Of a stretch of 64,000 nucleotides of DNA, positions 39,225 to 48,355 are shown one piece after another. Below the pieces are notes generated by a model that was not told the origin of the DNA, searched no databases, and saw nothing but the letters and a program-made list of their open reading frames with translations. Positions within the stretch are counted from its first letter, which is position 1. Each line of letters opens with the position of its first letter. The DNA lies in assembly GCA_025352145.1 (NCBI GenBank), contig JANXTY010000061.1, forward strand, positions 129,188-193,187, read 5' to 3'. The stretch comes from Oxalobacteraceae bacterium (GTDB taxonomy: Bacteria > Pseudomonadota > Gammaproteobacteria > Burkholderiales > Burkholderiaceae_D). The translations under genes were made by a program, and so were the position numbers.

Positions 39225-39890
39225 ATGCGGGTGCTCTTGGTGGAAGACGACGTTATGATCGGAAATGCCGTTTGTGCGGCGTTGAAAGACGCTTCCTACG
39301 CAGTCGATTGGATGCGCAATGGTTTGTCTGCAATCGAGGTTTTATCGTGCCAGCACTATGACCTGGTATTGCTTGATCTGGGTCTGCCGGGAAAAGATGG
39401 ATTGGAAGTGCTCCATCATATCCGTAGCAAAGACAATCTGGTGCCGCTCCTGGTTGTCACAGCGCGTGATGGTATTGAGGATCGTATCCGTGGCCTCGAC
39501 CTTGGTGCCGACGATTATGTACTCAAACCGTTCGAGATGCGCGAATTGCTTGCGCGCATGCGTGCCGTCATCCGCAGAAAAGGTGGCATCGCCAGTCCTG
39601 AACTGAGCAATGGTTTTGTTGCGCTTGACCCCGCCACCCGCCAGGCGCGCAGCCACGATGCTGAAGCAGTGCAATTGTCCAACCGGGAATTTGCCCTTCT
39701 GCATGCCCTGATGATTCGTCCCGGCGCTATTTTGTCGCGTAGCGAACTGGAGGAACGGATATACGGTTGGGGAGAAGAAATTGAAAGCAACGCCGTCGAA
39801 TTTTTGATTCACGGACTACGCAAAAAACTGGGTAGCGCGGTGATAAAGAATGTCAGGGGAGTCGGATGGATGGTTTTAAAAAGCAGGTAG
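39225..39890 (+). CDS. OmpR/PhoB-family response regulator
   Basis: MRVLLVEDD...LVLLDLGLPGKDG receiver domain and a winged-helix C-terminus (RGVGWMV). Confidence 0.9.
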   Translation: MRVLLVEDDVMIGNAVCAALKDASYAVDWMRNGLSAIEVLSCQHYDLVLLDLGLPGKDGLEVLHHIRSKDNLVPLLVVTARDGIEDRIRGLDLGADDYVLKPFEMRELLARMRAVIRRKGGIASPELSNGFVALDPATRQARSHDAEAVQLSNREFALLHALMIRPGAILSRSELEERIYGWGEEIESNAVEFLIHGLRKKLGSAVIKNVRGVGWMVLKSR

Positions 39891-41245
39891 AGAATTCGAT
39901 TCAACTCAGGTTGTCGGTCTGGCTATCGCTGGCGATATTTAGCGTAGCATTCATCGCCGGGTTGATTGCTTTTTTCTCGGCATTCGACGAGGCGCATGAA
40001 CTTCAGGACGATATGTTGCGCCAAATTGCGGCGCTATCGGACCGCCAGCATTGGACTGCGCTATCAAACGGCATAACCGGCACTACCGGTGATTCCGGCA
40101 AAAAAGCAGATGAGGAAGGTGACAGGGAGTCGCGAGTTTTTGTGCAATGGCTGGCACCTGCACCTGCGGCGGACCAGGCTTCTACCACCGACAAGCCATC
40201 TTTGGCGCTGCCTCAAACGCTGCGCAATGGCATGCAAACCTTCAGCAATGGTCACGCAACTTATCGCTTATTGGTGCGCACCTTCAGCACGGGAGAGCGT
40301 TTGGCAGTCGCGCAAGAGACGGCGGTGCGGGATGAAATCGCCAGCAATAGCGCCTTGCGCACTCTGACGCCATTCCTGATATTGGTGCCGATTCTGTTGT
40401 TGTTGGTCGCCCATCTGGTACGCAAAATATTCAAGCCGGTTGCAGATCTGGCTATCGAATTAGATCTGCGTGATGAGCAAGCGCTGCATCCGATTTCCCA
40501 CGCATCATCGCCCCGTGAAATCCGTCCATTTGTGGCAGCCATCAATCGCCTCTTAACGCGCGTGGGGCAATCTATGGATGCACAACGGCGGTTCGTCGCC
40601 GACGCTGCCCACGAGCTGCGCTCTCCGCTGACGGCCTTATCGCTCCAGGCCGAGCGGCTGGCTGAGGCGGACATGTCTCCTAACGCGCAGGAACGTCTTC
40701 ACGCGTTGCGCCAAGGTATTGAGCGCGGCAAAACATTACTCGCACAACTGTTGACGTTGGCGCGCGCTCAAACTGCCGCCCCTACGCTCGATACTCCGGT
40801 GTCTGTACAAAAGGTCTATCGACGTGTTCTGGAAGATTTGATGCCTTTGGCTCAAGTGAAGCAGCTCGACATTGGCGTGCTGAATGACGTGGACGCCGAG
40901 GTCATGATCAATGAACTGGATTTGATTATTCTCGTCAAGAATCTGGTGGATAACGCAATCCGCTATACACCGGAAGGCGGACGGGTTGATTTGTCGATTG
41001 CATGCACCGAGGGCGCGATCATGCTGATGGTCGCAGATAGTGGCCCCGGCATTCCTGTGGCCGAAAGAGAACGGGTGTTTGATCCTTTCTACCGCGTTCT
41101 GGGGAGCGATCAGATGGGTTCTGGCCTCGGCCTGTCGATTGTGCAAACCATTGCTGGTCGCGTGGGCGCAAAGGTGCAGTTGGATTTTTCCGACGAGCAA
41201 TCGGCATCGGGTTTGCGCGTCAGCGTGATTTTCGCGGTGCCATAA
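39866..41245 (+). CDS. sensor histidine kinase (two TM segments, periplasmic loop, HAMP-HisKA-HATPase)
   Basis: H-box AAHELRSPLTAL plus N, G1 (DSGPGI) and G2 (GSGLGLSIV) boxes. It overlaps the RR stop by 25 nt. Confidence 0.9.
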   Translation: MDGFKKQVENSIQLRLSVWLSLAIFSVAFIAGLIAFFSAFDEAHELQDDMLRQIAALSDRQHWTALSNGITGTTGDSGKKADEEGDRESRVFVQWLAPAPAADQASTTDKPSLALPQTLRNGMQTFSNGHATYRLLVRTFSTGERLAVAQETAVRDEIASNSALRTLTPFLILVPILLLLVAHLVRKIFKPVADLAIELDLRDEQALHPISHASSPREIRPFVAAINRLLTRVGQSMDAQRRFVADAAHELRSPLTALSLQAERLAEADMSPNAQERLHALRQGIERGKTLLAQLLTLARAQTAAPTLDTPVSVQKVYRRVLEDLMPLAQVKQLDIGVLNDVDAEVMINELDLIILVKNLVDNAIRYTPEGGRVDLSIACTEGAIMLMVADSGPGIPVAERERVFDPFYRVLGSDQMGSGLGLSIVQTIAGRVGAKVQLDFSDEQSASGLRVSVIFAVP

Positions 41246-41375
41246 CTTAGTTAGCGCAGTCCTCACCCCAAACGAATTGCTACGAGGAGGTCAAATTTCT
41301 GGACCTGGGGCCTAACTACCCCGTGCAAATACTTTGACGAGCTTCAATTGGGATGGTTGTAGTGCGGATGGGATG

Positions 41376-41406
41376 GCGCACGAAAGTAATGTGTACTTTC
41401 GTGCGC
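41376..41406. terminator. 13-bp perfect hairpin between the convergent HK and PL4 genes
   Basis: gcgcacgaaagta (41376-41388), loop atgtg, tactttcgtgcgc (41394-41406). It is 13 nt past the PL4 stop. There is no clear U-tract. Confidence 0.5.
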
Positions 41407-41418
41407 AAGCCAATGGAT

Positions 41419-43062
41419 TTACAAAAGATCGACAGCGTCATACGAATATGCCGGGCTAAGGAAAGTCGTACCGTTGGAACCAGAGATAACAGAGATCGTC
41501 ATCGTGTTGCTGCCAACGACAAAGGCGCTGGCGGGAACGTCGTAGGTATAGAGGGTATTATTGCCACGATAGCTGCCTGTCGTGAAGCTGCGCGAGTTAG
41601 GCTGATTGGATGAGCCGGGATTAGGCGACGTCCATGAATTAATCGTGATCGCAGGACGACCAGCAGAATAAGCGTCGGTAATACCAATGCGTACCGTGTG
41701 GGCAGCTACCTGGGCAGCCGTCAAATTGAAGGTGACTGTAGTGGGATTATTCACACTCTTCCATTGCGCCGCCGGAAAGGTATTGTCAGCAGCGCCGATG
41801 GCAAAGGTGATCGGGCCCCAAGAGGAATTGCGTACGTCGGATGGATGGCGGAGAGCGAAGGTGCCGCCATTTTTAAATTCGTTAGGTGTGCCATCCCATT
41901 TACCGATCCGCCAGATGGCTGCAGCGGTAGATGGATCAGCATTAATAGTACGGGTGTTGAGCGTCGTGGCAGCGCCCGCCGTCACAGTCACGCTCTCGGT
42001 GTACACAGCGAGTTCTTCTTTGTAGACTGTCATGGTGTAAGTGCCAGGCTTCATATTGTATGAACCAAAACTACCATTACCGGCGGCGGCCGTGGTCCAA
42101 TATTGCGCAATCGTCGGATTAGCGAAGCCGACGGTATAAGTATAGGCAGTGTCGCGTCCTGCCAGACCATTGCCGATCACTTTGCCACGCGCAGTCGTGT
42201 CGACCCAGCCATCAAGACCCTGGGTGCTCATCCAGCTCATGTCGGGAATTGCCGGGGTGGCGCCTGTAGTAAAGACCAGAGCATAGGGACCGTGGAAGCC
42301 CATACGGTCGGCCTCAGTCTGGTTGTGGCCAGAGTTCATGTAGTTATAGACCTCAGTGTCGCCACCGCTTTGATTCTGGATATCGCGATAGAAGGGGCCA
42401 CCGGAGCCGCCTTCACGATTGCCATAGGCCATAAATATACCGACGCCGCTACCGGTCACGCCGCGAATCGACAGGTCGATGTTACGCTGATTGCCATAAT
42501 ATTTGGAACGTGTCTCGCCGTTGGCGAGAAGAAAAACATCTGTACTTTCTGCGGCACCGATGTTGCCAGCGAGGTTAGACTCGACAGGCACGTTGGTAAG
42601 CACTGCAGAATTAAGGCGAGTAATCCAACGCAATTCCCCAACGGTTGGTTCTGCGGTGGTATAGGTGCCCATGTAAATGATGTTCTCGTTTTGACGAACG
42701 AGAAGAAATTGTGTGAGCGTGGGAGTCGTGAGCGTAATTTTAGCGACACCGCCAGAAACCGATGAAGTAACAGTGGCACCCAGGCCCGAAGCGATATGAG
42801 AACCCTTGGTTTGGGACTGGAGTTCCGGCCCCCCGTTGTATTTGATCGAGTTAATATCCCCACCGCTTATATTGACTTTAAAAACGAGGCCGGCACCGCT
42901 ATCGACTGTGAGGAAGCCCCCGCTGGAGGTAACGCCGAAGGTGGAAGTAGTGGCGAGTAAAGAAGTCTTGGCCGTAGTGCTATTGCTACTATCGCCACAA
43001 CCGACGAGGATGGTGAGTAGGGTAAAACCAATTAGTAAGGCTTTCCATAGAGGCTTATTCAT
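41419..43062 (-). CDS. rhamnogalacturonan lyase-like (PL4-type) lipoprotein
   Basis: Lipobox LVGC. FGVTSSGGFLTVDSGAGLVFKVNISGGDINSIKYNGGPELQSQTKGSHIASGLG closely resembles the N-terminus of fungal/plant RG lyase (PL4) as I recall it. Confidence 0.65.
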   Translation of the reverse strand: MNKPLWKALLIGFTLLTILVGCGDSSNSTTAKTSLLATTSTFGVTSSGGFLTVDSGAGLVFKVNISGGDINSIKYNGGPELQSQTKGSHIASGLGATVTSSVSGGVAKITLTTPTLTQFLLVRQNENIIYMGTYTTAEPTVGELRWITRLNSAVLTNVPVESNLAGNIGAAESTDVFLLANGETRSKYYGNQRNIDLSIRGVTGSGVGIFMAYGNREGGSGGPFYRDIQNQSGGDTEVYNYMNSGHNQTEADRMGFHGPYALVFTTGATPAIPDMSWMSTQGLDGWVDTTARGKVIGNGLAGRDTAYTYTVGFANPTIAQYWTTAAAGNGSFGSYNMKPGTYTMTVYKEELAVYTESVTVTAGAATTLNTRTINADPSTAAAIWRIGKWDGTPNEFKNGGTFALRHPSDVRNSSWGPITFAIGAADNTFPAAQWKSVNNPTTVTFNLTAAQVAAHTVRIGITDAYSAGRPAITINSWTSPNPGSSNQPNSRSFTTGSYRGNNTLYTYDVPASAFVVGSNTMTISVISGSNGTTFLSPAYSYDAVDLL

Positions 43063-43316
43063 TTTTCTCTCCTTGAAATATTTTTTGGGGTTGGGCCTAA
43101 TTCCCGGAAAATTTTATTTTTACATCCGATAATTTCTCAAGAAAAATATTGGCCTATGTCAATATTCATGCAGTTAACAACAATTGTCAATGAAATTCAA
43201 TGCTGCGGCACAATATATAAACATAAGTTGTTTTTCGTGCCAAAGTAAGGGGAATTACCGCTCCGATGTTACGCAAAGCTTGGGGAAAGTCGTTCTTCTT
43301 GGTGACACTTGGGCCT

Positions 43317-43346
43317 CGTAGGAGCACGGCATGCCGCGCTCCTACG
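43317..43346. repeat. REP-like 30-nt palindrome
   Basis: cgtaggagcacggcatgccgcgctcctacg, with one mismatched pair. It shares the CGGCATGCCG core with the other copies. Confidence 0.75.
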
Positions 43347-43676
43347 GTGTGCACAATATATCCACCGATGGGGGATAGCACTGCCAACCCGGAGTACGCA
43401 CAAGTGCAAGCTTTGCGCGTTGCGTATCAGTGATCCATGAAAGATAAGGAGGCGGATAAAGGGGAACGTAGCTACCTATGCCGGAGGAAATAGCGTTGCC
43501 GATCTCGTGAAGCCGAAATCTCTGCAATCAATGATCGCCTCCACGGATCCAGAAAATTGCCATACAACCTCCCCTACAAGTACCTGGGGTGACTACAACT
43601 TCAAGAGGTCCTCATAATGAGGTGTTGCCAAAGTCGATAGAGCCGCTCCTCATACTGAGGCTCTACCACGACACGG

Positions 43677-44930
43677 TTACGTCGCAATTACATTAATGCC
43701 TCGTCCCCCTTTCGGCATGTTTGGAAATAACGTGACAAGCTGGCGATCATTCAAATGCAGATGGCGCTCGGCCACTTGACTGAGCACTGTACGGAAGTCG
43801 GTCGTTACTGGAACATCGCGTCCTTCATTCAATTGCGCATCGGCTAATCCCTGCCAATCGCCATGTACTTTCCCTCCATTGATGCCGCCGCCTAATAGCC
43901 ACATGACATTGCCGTGCCCGTGGTCAGTACCTGCGTTGCCGTTCTGGCGTGCGGTACGGCCGAATTCTGACATTACGACTACGACGGTATCATCGAACAT
44001 CGGTCCTAGCCGTTGCGCCAGGGTCGCTAAACCTTGACCTAATGGGTTGAGCCTACTTGCCAGTTGACCGGTTCCCGCGCCCTGATTGGCATGCGTGTCC
44101 CACCCGCCCAATGCCATGAAAGCGACCTGGATATTGTGATCATTACGCATCAAGGTGGCCAAGCGCGCAGCATCATTTGGGAAGCCGTTCGGTGGGGGGG
44201 CGCCGCCATCGGCCATTTGCATTTCGATATCCGCCGACGCGGTCATGACTTCTTTATGCGTGTCTTTGGCATCCAGATAGCTGCGCGAATACTTTGGATG
44301 GTCTTGGTAAAGCTTGTCGAACGCGCTACCGATTTGAGGGCGGTCCAGCAGATTTTCTTTGGTACCGGCAGCACCAGCGGCCAGGTTGGTTGCAGTCGCG
44401 TGTCCCGATAGAATCCGCGGCATCAGTGGCCCGATGCTGAGCGCTCGGCTTGGCGACGATGTGCCGGGCAATGAAGTTACCACACGGTTTAGCCAACCAT
44501 CGGGCGTGCCTTTGATCCCGGGCGTCCCCGACTCCAAATAATCCTGCGCATCGAAGTGAGAGCGCGTTGCGTCCGGTGAGCCGCAAGCATGTACAAAAGC
44601 GAGTTTTTTTTGCTGCCACAAGGGCATCAGGTCAGCGAGCGCCGGATGCAATCCAAAATAACCATCCAGATCGATTGCGCCATTTTCTTGTCCCGGACGA
44701 GCCAGCGCAATTGTGGGACGCAGAACGGCATAATTGGCATCGGCATAAGGTGCTACCACGTTGAGGCCATCGACTGCGCCGCGCAGCATGATCACGATTA
44801 GTTTACGTTTGGTTTGCGTGGCAGTACCAGTACCATCGCCGGTCACGGCCCAAGCGTTATTGCTGATGGGAATAATCAGGCCTAGCCCTGCAGTTATGCC
44901 GATTGATTGCAAGAAATGTCTACGGTTCAT
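43677..44930 (-). CDS. DUF1501 protein (sulfatase/alkaline-phosphatase-like fold) with a Tat signal
   Basis: MNRRHFLQSIGITAGLG twin-arginine leader. MSEFGRTARQNGNAGTDHGHG is typical of DUF1501. Confidence 0.8.
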   Translation of the reverse strand: MNRRHFLQSIGITAGLGLIIPISNNAWAVTGDGTGTATQTKRKLIVIMLRGAVDGLNVVAPYADANYAVLRPTIALARPGQENGAIDLDGYFGLHPALADLMPLWQQKKLAFVHACGSPDATRSHFDAQDYLESGTPGIKGTPDGWLNRVVTSLPGTSSPSRALSIGPLMPRILSGHATATNLAAGAAGTKENLLDRPQIGSAFDKLYQDHPKYSRSYLDAKDTHKEVMTASADIEMQMADGGAPPPNGFPNDAARLATLMRNDHNIQVAFMALGGWDTHANQGAGTGQLASRLNPLGQGLATLAQRLGPMFDDTVVVVMSEFGRTARQNGNAGTDHGHGNVMWLLGGGINGGKVHGDWQGLADAQLNEGRDVPVTTDFRTVLSQVAERHLHLNDRQLVTLFPNMPKGGRGINVIAT

Positions 44931-44993
44931 TTTTCTCTCCAATAGATGGATTGTCAGATTGTCGGGCGCTATTTTTTTTGGGGGGTGGCGTTC

Positions 44994-46559
44994 TTAATGT
45001 TGCATAAAATCTGGACTGCCTAACACTAGGGCTGCACGCAAATTTTCTGGGGAACTTTTAATGATTTCACGGGTATGTTCCGATACGCTTACCCCAAGTG
45101 TGTTGAGCAGTTGCATGGCATCTAGTGGTGGCATGATCGTTTTCCCTCCTTCTCGTTGCGTGACCTCTGCTTGTTTCTCAAGTTGGCGTTTGCCCATTCT
45201 CTCGCCATCCTCTACAGTGGTTTTAGCTAGTTGCATGCGTCCAGAGGCGAAGCCGGATGCGAAGGTAATGCGGCGAGTCAACGCATCTGGGCTAAGCCAT
45301 GCGGCTTCAGTATTTTTATAACCGTCGGGAGTCTGGCATCCATACAAAGGCATGCCCAATTGATTGAGCGCACCGAGCAGGGGGCGCACATTGGTGACCG
45401 GTATTTCTGCCGCGCGTGCAGCAGAAATCAAGAATTGATAAGGCGTTTTGAACTTGCTGCCCATGCTGGAGGGCGCCATAAATTCTGGACTGCTAAATAA
45501 AGTACGCAACACGGAACGAATGTTTCCATTGGTTTCCAGGTAGCGTTTTTCCATGCGCGTCACCAGTTCTTCTGGTGGTGTATCTTGCACAAAATACTGA
45601 GCCAATTGATAGCTCAGATGGTGTGCCGTGGCTGGACGCATAGCCAGATAGTCGAGGGCTGCTTCGCCTTCGTTCTGGCCTGCGCTGGATACGCGCTTTC
45701 CCAGCCATTGTTTTTCACCATCATCGTGGCGCCGCGGATCGAATTGGAATGTCCGATTGTTCTTGAGCATATCGCGTTCGCTAAAGGTCCATCCGGTAAA
45801 GATGCGCGCCAGTTCAGTCACATCTTTTTGCGTGTAGCCACCGTCGACGCCCAGGGTGTGTAATTCCATTACTTCGCGGGCATAATTTTCATTCAATCCA
45901 CGCTTGGCAGCGGCATTTTTCCCTGGATTTTTTGGTGTGTAATCTGCTGAAGTAGAAATCCAGTTATCCAGGTAGAACAACATGGCGGGATGTTTGGCGG
46001 TAGCTCCCAGAATGTCACGGAATGATCCGAAAACATAAGGCCGAATTGCGTCACGTTCGTAACTTGGAATTAGTGCGCGCTCAATACCTTTATCGGAAAA
46101 AACATTGAAATGATTAAACCAGAAATCGACCATGACTTCTTCTAACTGGCGTGGACTTTCAATGGCACGTGCGATCCGATTTTCGGCAGTTTGTTCAACC
46201 ATGCTTCCTATTATTTCGCGTTCTTTTTTCTTGGTGGCATCATCGCCATCTTTCGCCCTCTTTCGTGCGTTGGAAAACGCCCCAAGCATATCGCCCGTAC
46301 TCTTATCTGCAACGTCGAGTGCGCCAAGGCGTTCTTTCAGTGCCGGTGGCAGAGGGATTGTTTCTGGGTTAAGTTGACTTTCGATATATTGCTCAATCCC
46401 CATTTGTTTGACGCGCTCGACATCACCCGGCCTAGGACCGTACGATAGCCTGTTCAATACGTGCAGCGCTTGTTGATCCGTAGGTGGGGTGGCCGATTGC
46501 GCAGGCAATATGGCGATCAGGAACAGGGTGGAAATTGCCAGCCGGGATTGCCATTTCAT
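44994..46559 (-). CDS. DUF1800 protein, secreted
   Basis: 521 aa with a signal peptide. HVLNRLSYGPRPGD and NENYAREVMELHTLGVDGGYTQKDV motifs are typical of DUF1800. It is the canonical upstream partner of DUF1501. Confidence 0.75.
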   Translation of the reverse strand: MKWQSRLAISTLFLIAILPAQSATPPTDQQALHVLNRLSYGPRPGDVERVKQMGIEQYIESQLNPETIPLPPALKERLGALDVADKSTGDMLGAFSNARKRAKDGDDATKKKEREIIGSMVEQTAENRIARAIESPRQLEEVMVDFWFNHFNVFSDKGIERALIPSYERDAIRPYVFGSFRDILGATAKHPAMLFYLDNWISTSADYTPKNPGKNAAAKRGLNENYAREVMELHTLGVDGGYTQKDVTELARIFTGWTFSERDMLKNNRTFQFDPRRHDDGEKQWLGKRVSSAGQNEGEAALDYLAMRPATAHHLSYQLAQYFVQDTPPEELVTRMEKRYLETNGNIRSVLRTLFSSPEFMAPSSMGSKFKTPYQFLISAARAAEIPVTNVRPLLGALNQLGMPLYGCQTPDGYKNTEAAWLSPDALTRRITFASGFASGRMQLAKTTVEDGERMGKRQLEKQAEVTQREGGKTIMPPLDAMQLLNTLGVSVSEHTREIIKSSPENLRAALVLGSPDFMQH

Positions 46560-46816
46560 ACGCTGCCTCTTGAGTGTTGTTGGGTTGGGAAGAGTGTTGA
46601 CGCTATCTTCCGACCATACCGAAAATAAGGCTAGCGGGAAACAGTAAAAATTTGTTACCGGCGTTTCTTAGGCCAGAAGTAAAGGTGAACGCATTGTCGA
46701 GTCGATATGATCGATGCGAACGCAGAACCGTAAGTTCGGCGCGCGGTTAACATCAGTTGCTCAGTATCGCTGTGCAACCCGATACTGTGGCGCTAACCGG
46801 TTCCTAATGAGGGAAA

Positions 46817-48187
46817 TTACTTTACGATCTGATAGCAGGGCGTATATTTTTTTCCGGGTAGCTTCATACGGTGATGGGCAACAAAAGAAGCTAGCAAAGC
46901 ATCCATCGGCTCCATGATATTCAGGTCACCGCGAATTTCGAAGTGGCCGAACTGTTCGATGGCGCGTATCCCCGCATCCTTTACATTGCCCGCCACCACA
47001 CCCGAAAATGCACGTCGTAAGTTGGCCGCCAGCAAGTGGCGGGGCTGATCTTTTTTCAAGGACAGGTTACGCATATTTTCATGCGTGGGAATAAAAGGCT
47101 TTTGGAATTCTGGATCGATTTTCAGTAACCAGTTAAAGTAGTAAGCATCGCCGTGCTCTTTGCGAAATTCACGTACCAGCTTGATGCCAGCCTGCATTTC
47201 CTGCGCTACCGACACCGGATCATTGATGATGATTTTGTAGCGCGCTTGCGCTTCTTCCCCCAAAGTAAGGCCGATGAAATGATCGATCTGCTCGAAATAC
47301 TCTTTTGCGCTTTCCGGCCCCGTAAAAATAAGGGGAAAGGGCATCGTGGCATTATCGGGGTGCAGCAAAATACCGAGAATATACAAAATCTCTTCAGCCG
47401 TACCGGCCCCACCTGGGAACACTACTATGCCGTGGCCGGTGCGTACAAAAGCCTCTAAACGTTTCTCGATGTCCGGCAAAATAAGCAGGTCGTTGACAAT
47501 AGGATTGGGTGCTTCCGCAGCAATGATGCCCGGTTCTGAAATGCCCAGATAGCGGCCATTGGTGATGCGCTGTTTGGCGTGACCGATGGTCGCGCCTTTC
47601 ATCGGGCCTTTCATTGCGCCGGGACCGCAGCCAGTACAAATATCGAGTGCGCGCAATCCGAGTTGATAACCAATTTTTTTGCTGTACTCATATTCGCCGC
47701 GCGATATCGAATGCCCACCCCAACATACGACCAGATTAGGATTGATCATCGGATGCAGAATATTGGCATTGCGCAGGATGTGAAAGACAGCGTTGGTAAT
47801 GCCTTCGGTCGTCTCTAAATCGAATCTTGAATTAGCGTTGATTTCATCATTGACGAACAGGACATCGCGCAGAACGGAAAATACATGTTCGTGTATACCC
47901 TTGATCATTTTTCCATCGACAAAAGCGTTGGCTGGCGCGCCCACGATTTCCAGCTTGATGCCACGTTCTCGTTGAATGATGCTGATGTCAAAAGACTTGT
48001 AGCGCTCCAACAGTTCTTTACCATCATCGATGGTGTTGCCGCAATTGAGAACCGCCAATGCGCAGTTGCGGAAAATGGTGTAGAGACCGCCTTGCCTAGT
48101 GTCGAGCAATTTATTGACTTCGCTCTTAGACAGAACGTCCATGCGTCCTTCTGGCGAGATGAGTGTGTCGACGATGTCGTATTTCAT
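46817..48187 (-). CDS. ppnN: pyrimidine/purine nucleotide 5'-monophosphate nucleosidase (LOG family, PpnN/YgdH)
   Basis: 456 aa, colinear with E. coli PpnN as I recall it (LFRNCALAVLN..., PGGAGTAEE LOG motif). Confidence 0.8.
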   Translation of the reverse strand: MKYDIVDTLISPEGRMDVLSKSEVNKLLDTRQGGLYTIFRNCALAVLNCGNTIDDGKELLERYKSFDISIIQRERGIKLEIVGAPANAFVDGKMIKGIHEHVFSVLRDVLFVNDEINANSRFDLETTEGITNAVFHILRNANILHPMINPNLVVCWGGHSISRGEYEYSKKIGYQLGLRALDICTGCGPGAMKGPMKGATIGHAKQRITNGRYLGISEPGIIAAEAPNPIVNDLLILPDIEKRLEAFVRTGHGIVVFPGGAGTAEEILYILGILLHPDNATMPFPLIFTGPESAKEYFEQIDHFIGLTLGEEAQARYKIIINDPVSVAQEMQAGIKLVREFRKEHGDAYYFNWLLKIDPEFQKPFIPTHENMRNLSLKKDQPRHLLAANLRRAFSGVVAGNVKDAGIRAIEQFGHFEIRGDLNIMEPMDALLASFVAHHRMKLPGKKYTPCYQIVK

Positions 48188-48355
48188 AAATAAGCTAGCC
48201 TGAGATGGATAAGGAAAAATAGAATGGGCGAGCGTGATTTAATGTACTAATAGGTGGTTAAAATTCCTCATGAAAGTATGTTCTCTGCGTGGGTAGTTTG
48301 TCGTTTTGTGACAACCATAATTGACCTATCTAATTCTGCTAACAACCATCACGCA

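Noticed and set aside
39866-41245. Direct equivalence to the Pseudomonas BqsS Fe(II) sensor.
   Set aside because: The periplasmic loop lacks the RExxE motif (only RESRV is present). Only the operon architecture is similar, so no gene symbol is assigned.
46700-46816. Hairpin cagtatcg...cgatactg downstream of ppnN as a terminator.
   Set aside because: It has only an 8-bp stem and no U-tract on the relevant strand. That is too weak to call as a feature.
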